Sequence record: NC_028894.1
DNA: 64,000 nt
Reading direction: 5' to 3' (one strand)
DNA from: Escherichia phage vB_EcoM_VR20
Shown: positions 29,310 to 41,853 of the stretch, one piece after another
Position numbering within the stretch: position 1 is the stretch's first letter
How the letters are laid out: each line of letters begins with the position of its first letter
Translations under genes and position numbers: made by a program
The notes under the pieces: generated by a model
What the model was told of the DNA's origin: nothing
Seen by the model: the letters and a program-made list of their open reading frames with translations, nothing else
Databases searched by the model: none

Positions 29310-30094
29310 TGGCTACTTATGACTCAAGATTATTCGCCCGGCTCGAAGACGGGACCGGGTATGACAATACCAATGCTACAGAGATATTGAACCCTTATGT
29401 AAACTTTATGCATCATGAAAATACACAGACTTTAGCTGATGCTATCGTTGCTGAAAGTATTCAGATGCGTGGGATGTCTCTCTATTATATCCCAAGACAA
29501 TTCGTTAAACCTGATTTGTTATTCGGTGAAGACCTCCAGAGTAAATTTGATAAAGCATGGAAATTTGCTGGCTATCTGGATACGTTCGATGCTTATCAGG
29601 GTGATGGTTCTATCTTTAGTAAATTCGGTATGTCTGTGAACGATGAAATCACAATATCGATTAACCCTAATCTGTTTAAACACCAATGCAATGGCACTGA
29701 ACCTATCGCCGGGGATTTGATTTATTTCCCTCTTGACAACAGCCTGTTCGAAATAACCTGGGTGCAACCTTATGACCCGTTCTATCAGGTAGGTCAAAAC
29801 GCCATTCGTAAAATTACCGCGAGCAAATACATTTACTCCGGGGAAGAGCTTAAACCTGAATTGCAACGGAATGAAGGTATTAATATTCCAGAATTCAGTG
29901 AGCTCGATTTACAACCAATCCACAATATTGATGGTCTTACAGATATCAGCGATATCCCTTATGCAGAATCCGATGAGATTAACGCAGAAGCGGCTGAATA
30001 TGTTAAACCATATTTTGTGCAGAATGGTCGTGGACTTGAGTCTCCTCCTAAGGCAAAACAGGATAGCTTTGACGATAGTTTCTTTGACGAATAA
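29309..30094 (+). CDS. 14: gp14, neck protein
   Basis: 261 aa; synteny. Confidence 0.85.
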   Translation: MATYDSRLFARLEDGTGYDNTNATEILNPYVNFMHHENTQTLADAIVAESIQMRGMSLYYIPRQFVKPDLLFGEDLQSKFDKAWKFAGYLDTFDAYQGDGSIFSKFGMSVNDEITISINPNLFKHQCNGTEPIAGDLIYFPLDNSLFEITWVQPYDPFYQVGQNAIRKITASKYIYSGEELKPELQRNEGINIPEFSELDLQPIHNIDGLTDISDIPYAESDEINAEAAEYVKPYFVQNGRGLESPPKAKQDSFDDSFFDE

Positions 30095-30137
30095 ATACAT
30101 TTATTAATGCGCCCGGACTGGGCGCCTGGAGGTTACT

Positions 30138-31009
30138 TTGTTTGGGCATTTTTATAATTCGTCTCTGCGTCGCTATATCGTTTTAATGGGCGATTTATTT
30201 TCCCATGTACAAGTGGCCAGAACCAGAGAAGATACTGGACTTAAATATATTAAGGTCCCTATTTCTTATGCATCAAAAGAAAAATTCATGATGCAGCTTG
30301 GAAAATGGACCGCTATTCAGAATACACCAACTCCTGACATGTCACCACAAGAACGTGCTGCCCAGAAGGCTAAAATCGAGACCGTATTGCCCCGTATGAA
30401 CCTACATATGGTTGACTTGATGTATAACGGGCAATATAAAACGGCTCTCCAGAATCACACACAGGCGCGATTTGCCAATAACGACCCACGTAAGCAGATA
30501 TCTCAATATTCTCCAGTGCCGGTCAAAATGATTTTCGAGCTTGGAATATATACAAGACATCAAGATGATATGTTCCAGATTATCGAACAAATCATGCCTT
30601 ACTTCCAGCCACATTTTAATACAACTATCACCGAACTTTATACGAATGAAATTACATTCGAACGTGATATAAGAATTGTACTCCAGTCCATAGCTATGGA
30701 TGAGCAAATTGAAGGTGATGCAATGACTCGCCGTAGACTCGAATGGTCAATTATGTTCGAAGTTAACGGTTGGTTATATCCACCGGTTAAGGAAGTGGCC
30801 GGGGAAATCCGTACTATCTATCTTGACTTCTTTGCAAATTCTAGAGAGCTTGCACCGGAAGGTAATTTCGAATCTGTTGACTCAGAAGCCGTTCCACGAG
30901 ACGTCGACCAAGAAGACTGGCAAGGTGAATCCGTTCAAACTTACTCGCAAGATATTCCTGTACCGGTTGACCCAGCACCTCCAGCACCAAGAAAAAATAG
31001 GGTACCATT

Positions 31010-31013
<4 letters not shown>
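30138..31013 (+). CDS. 15: gp15, tail sheath stabiliser / tail terminator
   Basis: Probable TTG start at 30138, 5 nt after GGAGG; the first in-frame ATG (30186) lacks an RBS; synteny. Confidence 0.8.
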
Positions 31014-33320
<2,307 letters not shown>

Positions 33321-33349
33321 AAGTAAAGCAAACTATTAGAGGACTCAAA

Positions 33350-35329
33350 ATGGCTTTATTATCCCCGGGCATTGAGCTCAAAGAAACAACGGTCCAAAGC
33401 ACTGTTGTTCGTAACGCGACGGGTCGTGCGGCGCTGGTTGGTAAATTCCAGTGGGGCCCAGCTTTCCAGGTAACTCAGATTACAAACGAAGTGGAACTTG
33501 TCGATTTGTTTGGTGGCCCGAACAATATTACGGCTGACTACTTTATGAGTGGAATGAACTTCCTTCAATATGGTAATGACCTGCGCACAGTTCGTGTTGT
33601 TAACCGTGAATTTGCTAAAAACGCATCCCCGGTAGCAGGGAACATCGAAAGTACAATCGCTACTGCTGGTTCTAACTATGCAGTCGGTGACGCTATCCAG
33701 GTTAAATACAACCAGACTGTTGTTGAAACTTCTGGCCGTATCACCAAGGTTGACGTTGACGGGAAAATCCTCGCGGTCTTCATTCCGTCTGACAAAATTA
33801 TTGCCTTTGCAAAATCTGTAAACCAGTATCCTGCTTTAGGCCCGGCTTGGACTGCTGAAATCCTGACCACTTCTTCAGGTGTGTCTGGCACGATTACCCT
33901 CGGGAAAATTGTTACCGATTCCGGTATCCTGTTGACCGAAGCGGAAAATAGTGAAGAAGCTATTACCTCTCTGGAATTCCAGGCTTCCCTGCAGAAATAT
34001 GCAATGCCAGGTGTTGTTGCTCTTTATCCTGGTGAAATCGGCTCGACTCTCGAAGTTGAAATCGTTTCCAAAGCTGCTTATGATGCTGGCGCTTCGAAGA
34101 TGCTTGACATCTATCCGAATGGCGGTTCCCGTGCTTCTGTAGCTCGTGCAGTGTTTAACTATGGGCCACAGTCTGACGACCAGTATGCAATCATCGTTCG
34201 CCGTGATGGTGCTATCGTTGAAAACGTTGTTCTGTCAACTAAAGAAGGTGATAAAGACGTTTACGGCAACAACATTTATCTGGATGACTACTTTGCAAAA
34301 GGTACTTCCAATTACATCTATGCAACTTCTCTGAACTGGCCAAAAGGTTTTGCAGGCATCATCAATCTGATGGGCGGTATTTCTGCAAACGACCAGGTTA
34401 CCGCTGGTGATTTGATGCAAGGTTGGGACCTGTTTGCTGACCGTGAAGCACTGCATATTAACCTGCTTATCGCTGGTGCTTGTGCTGGTGAAGGTGATGC
34501 GACTGCTTCCACTGTTCAGAAGCACGTAGTTTCTATCGCTGACGAACGTCAGGATTGCTTGGCATTTATCTCTCCACCGAAAGGTCTGTTGGTTAACGTT
34601 CCCCTGACCCGTGCAGTGGATAACCTGATTGACTGGCGTACAGGTAGTGGTGCATTTGATACTGATAACATGAATATCAGCACGACTTATGCAGCGATTG
34701 ATGGCAACTATAAATATCAGTATGATAAATATAACGACGTTAACCGTTGGGTTCCTCTGGCAGCTGATATGGCTGGTCTGTGTGCTCGTACTGATGATGT
34801 TTCTCAGCCTTGGATGTCTCCGGCCGGCTATAACCGTGGTCAGATTCTGAACGTTCTGAAATTGGCTGTTGAACCACGTCAGACCCAGCGTGACCGCATG
34901 TATCAGGAAGCTATCAACCCGGTTGTTGGTTTCGCAGGTGGCGATGGTTTTGTTCTGTACGGTGATAAGACTGCAACTAAAGTTCCATCTCCGATGGACC
35001 ATATCAACGTTCGCCGTCTTACGAATATGCTGAAGAAAAATATCGGTGACGCATCTAAATATAAACTGTTTGAGCTTAACGATAACTTCACTCGTGCATC
35101 ATTCCGTATGGAAACTTCTCAATACTTGGATGGTATTCGTGCACTCGGTGGCATTTATGAAGGTCGTGTGGTTTGTGATACTACTAACAACACCCCGTCG
35201 GTCATAGACCGAAATGAGTTTGTTGCTAGCATTTATTTTAAACCTGCGCGCAGCATCAACTACATCACTCTTAACTTCGTGGCAACAAGCACGGGTGCAG
35301 ATTTTGATGAGTTGATTGGACCACAATAA
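33350..35329 (+). CDS. 18: gp18, tail sheath protein
   Basis: 659 aa, same as T4 gp18; synteny. Confidence 0.95.
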   Translation: MALLSPGIELKETTVQSTVVRNATGRAALVGKFQWGPAFQVTQITNEVELVDLFGGPNNITADYFMSGMNFLQYGNDLRTVRVVNREFAKNASPVAGNIESTIATAGSNYAVGDAIQVKYNQTVVETSGRITKVDVDGKILAVFIPSDKIIAFAKSVNQYPALGPAWTAEILTTSSGVSGTITLGKIVTDSGILLTEAENSEEAITSLEFQASLQKYAMPGVVALYPGEIGSTLEVEIVSKAAYDAGASKMLDIYPNGGSRASVARAVFNYGPQSDDQYAIIVRRDGAIVENVVLSTKEGDKDVYGNNIYLDDYFAKGTSNYIYATSLNWPKGFAGIINLMGGISANDQVTAGDLMQGWDLFADREALHINLLIAGACAGEGDATASTVQKHVVSIADERQDCLAFISPPKGLLVNVPLTRAVDNLIDWRTGSGAFDTDNMNISTTYAAIDGNYKYQYDKYNDVNRWVPLAADMAGLCARTDDVSQPWMSPAGYNRGQILNVLKLAVEPRQTQRDRMYQEAINPVVGFAGGDGFVLYGDKTATKVPSPMDHINVRRLTNMLKKNIGDASKYKLFELNDNFTRASFRMETSQYLDGIRALGGIYEGRVVCDTTNNTPSVIDRNEFVASIYFKPARSINYITLNFVATSTGADFDELIGPQ

Positions 35330-35386
35330 TTATCATCGCTTGGAATGAATTAATCAGTTAGAAACCGTAGAACCATTATACAGTGT

Positions 35387-35394
35387 TATAAATA
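35387..35394 (+). promoter_or_regulatory. late promoter TATAAATA inside the loop of a long inverted repeat
   Basis: TATAAATA flanked by the inverted repeat CCGTAGAACC (35365..35374) / GGTTCTACGG (35406..35415). Confidence 0.5.
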
Positions 35395-35473
35395 AAAGCA
35401 TAATCGGTTCTACGGACTCCTGTGGTTGATTCTGGGAAGCCATTATCTTGAGATGATGAATCATATTACCTAG

Positions 35474-35481
35474 TATAAATA
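35474..35481 (+). promoter_or_regulatory. late promoter TATAAATA (gene 19)
   Basis: Exact TATAAATA 53 nt upstream of the gene 19 ATG. Confidence 0.65.
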
Positions 35482-35533
35482 CATGCATCAGGGACGCGTT
35501 CGCGCGACCTGTGTCTATAAAGAGGATTCCTTA

Positions 35534-36025
35534 ATGGAGTTGACCGATATCACACGCGCTTTCGAATCCGGCGACTTTGCTCGCCCTAACCTGTTCGAAG
35601 TCGAAATCCCATTCCTGGGTAAAAACTTTGCTTTCCATTGTAAAGCAGCCCCGATGCCAGCAGGCATTGTAGAAAAAGTTCCGGTCGGTTACATGAACCG
35701 TAAAATCAACGTAGCGGGTGACCGTACATTTGATGACTGGACTATTACGATTTATAACGACGATGCTCATAAAGTTCGTCAAGCAATTGTTGATTGGCAA
35801 AATCTGTGTCACGGTATGACTAACGAAATTACCGGTGCAGCTCCTGCTGATTATAAGAAAACTGCTACTGTCCGCCAGTTCCATCGTGATGGCAAAACTG
35901 TTACGAAAGAAGTTGTTATTACCGGCATGTGGCCAACCAACGTTGGGGAAGTCCAGATGGATTGGGACAGTAATAACGAAATTGAAACGTTCGAAGCAAC
36001 GTTCGCAATTGACTGGTGGGAATAA
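35534..36025 (+). CDS. 19: gp19, tail tube protein
   Basis: ATG at 35534 after AGAGGA (the track start 35483 is an upstream extension); 163 aa; ...DITRAFESGDFARPNLF... tail tube signature. Confidence 0.9.
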   Translation: MELTDITRAFESGDFARPNLFEVEIPFLGKNFAFHCKAAPMPAGIVEKVPVGYMNRKINVAGDRTFDDWTITIYNDDAHKVRQAIVDWQNLCHGMTNEITGAAPADYKKTATVRQFHRDGKTVTKEVVITGMWPTNVGEVQMDWDSNNEIETFEATFAIDWWE

Positions 36026-36026
36026 G

Positions 36027-36034
36027 TATAAATA
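36027..36034 (+). promoter_or_regulatory. late promoter TATAAATA (gene 20)
   Basis: Exact TATAAATA between gene 19 and the hairpin that precedes gene 20. Confidence 0.55.
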
Positions 36035-36042
36035 AAGTTATT

Positions 36043-36060
36043 ATGAGGCTTCGGCCTCAT
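36043..36060 (+). terminator. RNA hairpin / weak terminator after gene 19
   Basis: AUGAGGC-UUCG-GCCUCAU hairpin followed only by TTCCC (poor U-run). Confidence 0.4.
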
Positions 36061-36082
36061 TTCCCAAACTTCGGAGACTCTA

Positions 36083-37657
36083 ATGGCAGGTTTTAACACA
36101 ATACTAAATTTTCTTAAGCCTTGGGCTAAAGAAGATGAACAAGAATATAAGCAACAAGAAAAAAATAATTTAGAGTCAATGACCGGGCCGAAGTTTGATG
36201 ATGGGGCTCGCGAAATTGAGTCACAAGAACAAAACGTCCCGTATAATGCATTGATGCAACAGATGTTCGGGAGCAATGAACCTGAAGTAAAAAATACCAG
36301 GGAATTAATTGACACTTACCGCAACCTACTAAATAATTATGAAGTTGATAACGCGGTGCAAGAAATTGTGTCTGATGCTATCGTTTTTGAAGACGGTAAA
36401 GATGTTGTAGCTCTTAACCTTGATGCTACCGAATTTAGTCAGAAAATTAAAGACCGAATCCTCGAAGAATTTTTGGAAGTCAATAACCTCCTTAATTTCG
36501 AGCGTAAAGGTTCTGACCATTTTAAACGTTGGTATGTGGATTCTCGAATTTTCTTCCACAAAATTATCAACCCATCAAAACTTAAAGATGGAGTTCAAGA
36601 ACTTCGTCGTCTTGACCCAAGACAAATCCAGTTCATCCGTGAAATCGTTACACGCATGGAAAACGGTACAAAAATTGTCGACGGTTACAGAGAATATTTT
36701 GTATACGATACGGGCCATGAAAGTTATTGTGCCGATGGTCGTATATATGAAGCAGGTACTAAAATAAAAATTCCTCGTGCGGCAATTGTATATGCACATT
36801 CTGGATTACTTGATTGCTGCGGCAAGAATATCATCGGATACTTGCAACGAGCAATTAAACCTGCAAACCAATTAAAACTATTAGAAGATGCTTTAGTCAT
36901 TTATCGTATAACTCGTGCTCCAGACCGCCGAGTCTTTTATATCGATACCGGGAATATGCCGTCTCGTAAAGCAGCAGCACACATGCAACATATTATGAAC
37001 ACGATGAAAAACCGTGTCGTATATGATGCAACCACGGGTAAAATCAAAAACCAACAGCACAACATGTCAATGACAGAAGACTATTGGTTGCAACGTCGTG
37101 ATGGTAAAGCAGTCACTGAAGTTGATACACTCCCGGGTGCACAAGGCATGTCGGATATGGACGATGTTCGCTGGTTTAAGAACAACCTATATCAGGCTCT
37201 CCGAATTCCATTATCTCGTATCCCTAATGACCAAAACAGTGGCGTTATGTTTGATGCGGGCGCGACAATTACTCGCGATGAATTGAATTTCGCTAAATGG
37301 ATTAGGCAACTACAGAATAAATTTGAAGAAGTTTTCCTCGACCCGCTTAAAACCAACCTTATCCTGAAAAAAATTATTTCAGAAGAGGAATGGGAAAAGG
37401 AACTAAATAATATTAAAGTTACGTTCAACCGTGATAGCTATTTCACCGAAATGAAAGATGCAGAAATCATGGAACGCAGAATCAATATGCTAACGATGGC
37501 TGAACCGTTTATCGGTAAATATATTTCGCATCAAACGGCTATGAAGGATTTCCTCCAGATGTCTGATGAAGAAATTAATCAAGAAGCTAAGCAAATTGAA
37601 TTGGAGTCCAAAGAGGCTCGTTTCCAAAACCCTGAAGAAGAAGAAGAGGATTTCTAA
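36083..37657 (+). CDS. 20: gp20, portal vertex protein
   Basis: 524 aa, same as T4 gp20; synteny. Confidence 0.95.
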   Translation: MAGFNTILNFLKPWAKEDEQEYKQQEKNNLESMTGPKFDDGAREIESQEQNVPYNALMQQMFGSNEPEVKNTRELIDTYRNLLNNYEVDNAVQEIVSDAIVFEDGKDVVALNLDATEFSQKIKDRILEEFLEVNNLLNFERKGSDHFKRWYVDSRIFFHKIINPSKLKDGVQELRRLDPRQIQFIREIVTRMENGTKIVDGYREYFVYDTGHESYCADGRIYEAGTKIKIPRAAIVYAHSGLLDCCGKNIIGYLQRAIKPANQLKLLEDALVIYRITRAPDRRVFYIDTGNMPSRKAAAHMQHIMNTMKNRVVYDATTGKIKNQQHNMSMTEDYWLQRRDGKAVTEVDTLPGAQGMSDMDDVRWFKNNLYQALRIPLSRIPNDQNSGVMFDAGATITRDELNFAKWIRQLQNKFEEVFLDPLKTNLILKKIISEEEWEKELNNIKVTFNRDSYFTEMKDAEIMERRINMLTMAEPFIGKYISHQTAMKDFLQMSDEEINQEAKQIELESKEARFQNPEEEEEDF

Positions 37658-37917
37658 TGGATGATTTATTTGAAGCCATTAAATCAAACGACCTCGTAGC
37701 CGTTCGCAAATATTTTGCTGAAAACATTGGCCCAGTATGCGGTAGTTTGATTGAAGAACGTAAGATTGAAATTGCACGTTCCATCATGATTGAAGGCGAA
37801 GAGCCTAAAGAAGATGAAGATGAAGACAAGGACGACGGTAAAGCAGAAAAGAAAGACAAAAAAGAATCTGATGACGCTGACGAAGGCGATGAAGATGAAG
37901 ATGAGGACGATGAATAA
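37657..37917 (+). CDS. 67: gp67, prohead core protein
   Basis: 86 aa with strongly acidic C-terminal tail; position after portal. Confidence 0.8.
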   Translation: MDDLFEAIKSNDLVAVRKYFAENIGPVCGSLIEERKIEIARSIMIEGEEPKEDEDEDKDDGKAEKKDKKESDDADEGDEDEDEDDE

Positions 37918-38345
37918 TGTTTATTATCCCTGATGATTACGAATTAACTCTTGAAAACATCGAAAGTGTTTCCGAAGAAGCTCAGGGACAATTTGATTCA
38001 TTATCTGAAGCCTTAGAAAAAGACGATATAAATATTATTGTAGAAAACATGTTTGCAGCCGGTGAATACGAAAAAGCAACGGTTATCGGCGCTCTGAATG
38101 AAGGTGTTCAGCTTAACGAATTTATCGTTAAACATGTATCGTCTCGCGGTGAGTTAACCCGCACAAAAGACCGAGCTACTCGTAAGCGTAATGCTTTCCA
38201 AACAACTGGTCTTTCTAAAGCTAAACGTCGTCAAATTGCCCGTCTGGCTACTAAAACGAAAAGAGCAAACCCATCTACGCAAATCAGAGCAGAGCGCAAA
38301 CGCAAAAAAGCTCGAGCTAAGCGTAAAGCATTCGGACTTGATTAA
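37917..38345 (+). CDS. 68: gp68, prohead core protein
   Basis: 142 aa, basic C-terminus; synteny. Confidence 0.8.
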   Translation: MFIIPDDYELTLENIESVSEEAQGQFDSLSEALEKDDINIIVENMFAAGEYEKATVIGALNEGVQLNEFIVKHVSSRGELTRTKDRATRKRNAFQTTGLSKAKRRQIARLATKTKRANPSTQIRAERKRKKARAKRKAFGLD

Positions 38346-38983
38346 TGGAACAGAAACCAGAGTTACTAATCGAACACTGGGGTCAACCGGGCGAAATTAA
38401 AGATGGTGTACCGATGTTGGAATCTCATGATGGTTCCAGCAGCGGTTTAAAGCCAGGACTTTATATTGAAGGTATTTTCCTACAAGCTGAAGTTGTTAAC
38501 CGTAATAAACGACTTTATCCTAAACATATTTTGGAAAAAGCCGTTGCGGACTATATCGCCGAACAGGTTGAAACCAAGCAGTCTCTTGGAGAATTAAACC
38601 ATCCACCTCGCGCAAACGTTGACCCTATGCAGGCAGCAATTATTATCGAGGAAATGTGGTGGAAAGGGAATGATGTATATGGCCGCGCGCGTATTATCGA
38701 AGGCGACCATGGTCCAGGTGATAAACTTGCTGCGAATATAAGAGCAGGTTGGATTCCTGGCGTATCTAGTCGTGGACTCGGTTCCCTGACTAAATCAGCT
38801 AAAGGTTATAGCATCGTTAATGAAGGTTTTAAATTGACGGTTGGAGTAGACGCAGTATGGGGGCCAAGTGCTCCGGACGCTTGGGTCAAACCAAAGCAGA
38901 TTACAGAATCACAAACGGCTGTTGCCGATACCAGTGCCGATGACGCCTTTATGGCTCTCGCAGAGGCTTTAAAGACGTTATAA
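38345..38983 (+). CDS. 21: gp21, prohead core scaffold / prohead protease
   Basis: 212 aa, same as T4 gp21; synteny. Confidence 0.9.
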   Translation: MEQKPELLIEHWGQPGEIKDGVPMLESHDGSSSGLKPGLYIEGIFLQAEVVNRNKRLYPKHILEKAVADYIAEQVETKQSLGELNHPPRANVDPMQAAIIIEEMWWKGNDVYGRARIIEGDHGPGDKLAANIRAGWIPGVSSRGLGSLTKSAKGYSIVNEGFKLTVGVDAVWGPSAPDAWVKPKQITESQTAVADTSADDAFMALAEALKTL

Positions 38984-38986
38984 ATA
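38979..38986 (+). promoter_or_regulatory. late promoter TATAAATA (gene 22)
   Basis: Exact TATAAATA overlapping the gene 21 stop, 30 nt upstream of gene 22. Confidence 0.65.
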
Positions 38987-39015
38987 AATGTATATCTTAA
39001 CAACAGGACTACAAA

Positions 39016-39834
39016 ATGCTTAAAGAACAACTCATTTCTGAAGCTCAGAATATCGATGCTTCCGTTGCTCTCGATAGTATTTTCGAATCAGTTAATTTGT
39101 CCCCGGAAGCGAAAGCTACCTTCGGCACTGTATTCGAAGCTACCGTCAAGCAACACGCCATCAAACTGGCAGAATCTCACATTCACGCCATCGCTGAAAA
39201 AGCTGAAGAAGAAGTCGAAAAGAATAAAGAAGAATCCGACGAAAAAGCAGAGAAAAAACTGAAAGAATCTGCAGCTAAATTCCTGGACCACGTTGCTAAA
39301 GAATGGCTCGCTGAAAATAAACTGGCTGTCGACCGCGGCATCAAAGCTGACCTGTTCGAATCCATGTTCACCGGCATGAAAGAACTGTTCGTTGAGCACA
39401 ACGTTGTTGTTCCGGAAGAATCTGTTGATGTTGTTGCAGAAATGCAGGAAGAACTGGCTGAACAGAAAGAAGAAACCGCTAGCCTGTTCGAAGAAGTTTC
39501 TAAGCGTGATGCTTATATCAATTATGTCCAACGTGAAGTTGCGTTGACTGAAGCAACTAAAGACCTGACTGAATCCCAAAAAGAAAAAGTTGGTTCTCTG
39601 GTAGAAGGCATGGAATACTCTGATGCATTCGGTACCAAAATTGGCGCTATCGTTGAAATGGTTAAAGGTCAGGTAGAACCCACCGACAAACCAATCACCG
39701 AAGCCGCTATAAATAAAAATGTAGACGATGCTGCGGCACTGAATTACATTTCAGAAGCAGTTGAAGAAAAAGGCGCCAAGCCTACCCTGTCCTTCGCGGA
39801 CTTGTCTGCTCTCGCAGCATCACGAATTTCTTAA
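39016..39834 (+). CDS. 22: gp22, prohead core scaffold protein
   Basis: 272 aa, acidic, coiled-coil; synteny. Confidence 0.9.
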   Translation: MLKEQLISEAQNIDASVALDSIFESVNLSPEAKATFGTVFEATVKQHAIKLAESHIHAIAEKAEEEVEKNKEESDEKAEKKLKESAAKFLDHVAKEWLAENKLAVDRGIKADLFESMFTGMKELFVEHNVVVPEESVDVVAEMQEELAEQKEETASLFEEVSKRDAYINYVQREVALTEATKDLTESQKEKVGSLVEGMEYSDAFGTKIGAIVEMVKGQVEPTDKPITEAAINKNVDDAAALNYISEAVEEKGAKPTLSFADLSALAASRIS

Positions 39835-39855
39835 TTTAATAAGGTTATACAACAC

Positions 39856-41415
39856 ATGAAAAAGAATGCATTAGTTCAAAAATGGTCCGCTCTGTTGGAA
39901 AACGAAGCTCTTCCGGAAATCGTTGGTGCTTCTAAACAAGCTATCATCGCTAAAATCTTTGAAAACCAGGAACAAGATATCCTGACCGCTCCAGAATACC
40001 GTGACGAAAAAATCTCCGAAGCATTTGGTTCTTTCCTGACCGAAGCTGAAATCGGTGGTGACCATGGTTATGATGCTACCAATATCGCTGCTGGCCAGAC
40101 CTCTGGTGCAGTAACTCAGATTGGGCCGGCAGTTATGGGTATGGTTCGTCGTGCTATCCCGCATCTGATTGCGTTTGATATTTGTGGCGTACAGCCTCTG
40201 AACAACCCGACTGGCCAGGTATTTGCCCTGCGTGCAGTTTACGGTAAAGACCCTGTCGCTGCTGGTGCTAAAGAAGCTTTCCACCCGATGTATGCTCCGA
40301 ACGCTATGTTCTCCGGTCAGGGCGCCGCTGAAGCTTTCGAACCTCTGGCTGCAAGCAAGCTGCTCACCGTTGGTAAAATTTATTCTCACTTCTTCGAAGC
40401 AACCGGTTCTGCACACTACCAGGCTGTTGAAGCTGTAACCGTTGATGCTGGCGCTACTGATGCTGCTAAACTTGACGCTGAAGTTACCAAACTGCTCGAA
40501 GCTGGTAAGCTGGCAGAAATCGCTGAAGGTATGGCTACCTCTATCGCCGAACTGCAGGAAGGCTTCAACGGTTCTCAGGATAACCCGTGGAACGAAATGG
40601 GCTTCCGCATCGATAAACAAGTTATCGAAGCTAAATCCCGCCAGCTGAAAGCAAGCTACTCTATCGAACTGGCACAGGACCTGCGCGCTGTTCACGGTAT
40701 GGACGCTGATGCCGAATTGAGTGGTATTCTGGCTACCGAAATTATGCTGGAAATCAACCGCGAAGTTATCGATTGGATTAACTACTCCGCACAGGTTGGT
40801 AAATCTGGTATGACCAACACCGTTGGCGCTAAAGCTGGTGTGTTCGACTTCCAGGACCCGATTGATATCCGTGGCGCTCGTTGGGCTGGTGAAAGCTTTA
40901 AAGCTTTACTGTTCCAGATTGACAAAGAAGCTGCTGAAATCGCTCGTCAGACTGGCCGTGGTGCAGGTAACTTCATCATCGCTTCCCGTAACGTAGTTAA
41001 CGTACTGGCTGCAGTTGATACCTCCGTATCTTATGCTGCTCAGGGTCTGGGTAAAGGTTTCAACGTTGACACCACTAAAGCTGTGTTCGCTGGTGTTCTG
41101 GGTGGCAAATACCGTGTATACATCGACCAGTATGCTCGCGCAGATTACTTCACCATCGGTTACAAAGGCGCTAACGAAATGGATGCTGGTATCTACTACG
41201 CACCATATGTTGCACTGACCCCGCTGCGTGGCTCTGACCCGAAAAACTTCCAGCCGGTTATGGGCTTTAAAACCCGTTACGGTATCGGTATTAACCCGTT
41301 CGCTGACCCGACAGCTCAGGCTCCGACCAAGCGTATTCAAAACGGCATGCCGGACATCGTTAACAGCCTCGGCTTGAACGGTTACTTCCGCCGCGTATAT
41401 GTTAAAGGAATTTAA
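39856..41415 (+). CDS. 23: gp23, major capsid protein
   Basis: 519 aa; long stretches recognisable as T4 gp23 (LTEAEIGGDHGY..TNIAAGQTSGAVTQIGPAVMGMVRRAIP; FKTRYGIGINPFA...YFRRVYVKGI). Confidence 0.97.
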   Translation: MKKNALVQKWSALLENEALPEIVGASKQAIIAKIFENQEQDILTAPEYRDEKISEAFGSFLTEAEIGGDHGYDATNIAAGQTSGAVTQIGPAVMGMVRRAIPHLIAFDICGVQPLNNPTGQVFALRAVYGKDPVAAGAKEAFHPMYAPNAMFSGQGAAEAFEPLAASKLLTVGKIYSHFFEATGSAHYQAVEAVTVDAGATDAAKLDAEVTKLLEAGKLAEIAEGMATSIAELQEGFNGSQDNPWNEMGFRIDKQVIEAKSRQLKASYSIELAQDLRAVHGMDADAELSGILATEIMLEINREVIDWINYSAQVGKSGMTNTVGAKAGVFDFQDPIDIRGARWAGESFKALLFQIDKEAAEIARQTGRGAGNFIIASRNVVNVLAAVDTSVSYAAQGLGKGFNVDTTKAVFAGVLGGKYRVYIDQYARADYFTIGYKGANEMDAGIYYAPYVALTPLRGSDPKNFQPVMGFKTRYGIGINPFADPTAQAPTKRIQNGMPDIVNSLGLNGYFRRVYVKGI

Positions 41416-41438
41416 TCTTAGATTAAGTTAAATAAAAA

Positions 41439-41466
41439 GGGACCCTTGAGGTCCCTTTCTTGTTTT
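41439..41466. terminator. bidirectional intrinsic terminator between gene 23 and the inserted minus-strand gene
   Basis: GGGACC-CUUGA-GGUCCC with TTTCTTGTTTT on the plus side and AAAAA upstream (U-run on the minus strand). Confidence 0.75.
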
Positions 41467-41747
41467 CATACCATACCATTTAAATGAACTTCTACCCGGC
41501 GCTTGATGAGGTCTCTGAAATTAACACTGTTCTCTTGAAGTTTCAACCAGGTACCTGATTTGTCTTTGGTGTGAGTAGAATAATTACCATTCCACCAAAA
41601 ATCAGTATCATATGCTAAGTTTTCATATTTTTTAACTAGTTTGTTCAGAGCATTACCATTAACACCATTTGGGTATTTGTTGACCAATGCAACAACTTCA
41701 ATTTCCAGATTTTTAAAGGTATTCCGAAGGAAAGATACTTTGTTCAT
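41466..41747 (-). CDS. small early-type hypothetical protein inserted between genes 23 and 24
   Basis: ATG at 41747 preceded by the conserved leader (GGAG-TCTAAA-ATG) and promoter cassette copy E; the track start 41759 lies inside the leader. Confidence 0.55.
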   Translation of the reverse strand: MNKVSFLRNTFKNLEIEVVALVNKYPNGVNGNALNKLVKKYENLAYDTDFWWNGNYSTHTKDKSGTWLKLQENSVNFRDLIKRRVEVHLNGMV

Positions 41748-41783
41748 TTTAGACTCCATTGTTTGGTAACTCAGTATGAAATC

Positions 41784-41813
41784 ATTATGTCTTATCTTAA
41801 TCAGGTTGTAAAC
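41784..41813 (-). promoter_or_regulatory. T4-type early promoter (cassette copy E): -35 GTTTAC, -10 CATAAT
   Basis: Minus-strand AAAAGTTGTTTACA-17 nt-CATAAT followed by the ACTGAGTTACC core seen in copies A-D. Confidence 0.55.
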
Positions 41814-41819
41814 AACTTT

Positions 41820-41827
41820 TATAAATA
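41820..41827 (+). promoter_or_regulatory. late promoter TATAAATA (gene 24)
   Basis: Exact TATAAATA 27 nt upstream of the gene 24 ATG. Confidence 0.7.
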
Positions 41828-41853
41828 AAGTATATCACAAAAGGAAAGCGCAA

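Noticed and set aside
34235-35002. 255-aa ORF on the minus strand inside tail sheath gene 18
   Set aside because: Lies entirely antisense within a highly conserved structural gene, has no promoter or RBS, and its composition looks like the reverse translation of gene 18; treated as a spurious antisense ORF.
39871-40695. 274-aa ORF on the minus strand inside major capsid gene 23
   Set aside because: Antisense to gp23 with no start context; S/F/C-rich composition typical of reverse-frame artefacts. The same reasoning applies to other antisense ORFs in the track (for example 20822..21235, 26612..27109, 40906..41340).
41466-41747. Homing endonuclease (seg-like) at the gene 23/24 junction
   Set aside because: The inserted ORF is only 93 aa and shows no GIY-YIG or HNH signature in the translation; kept as a hypothetical protein.
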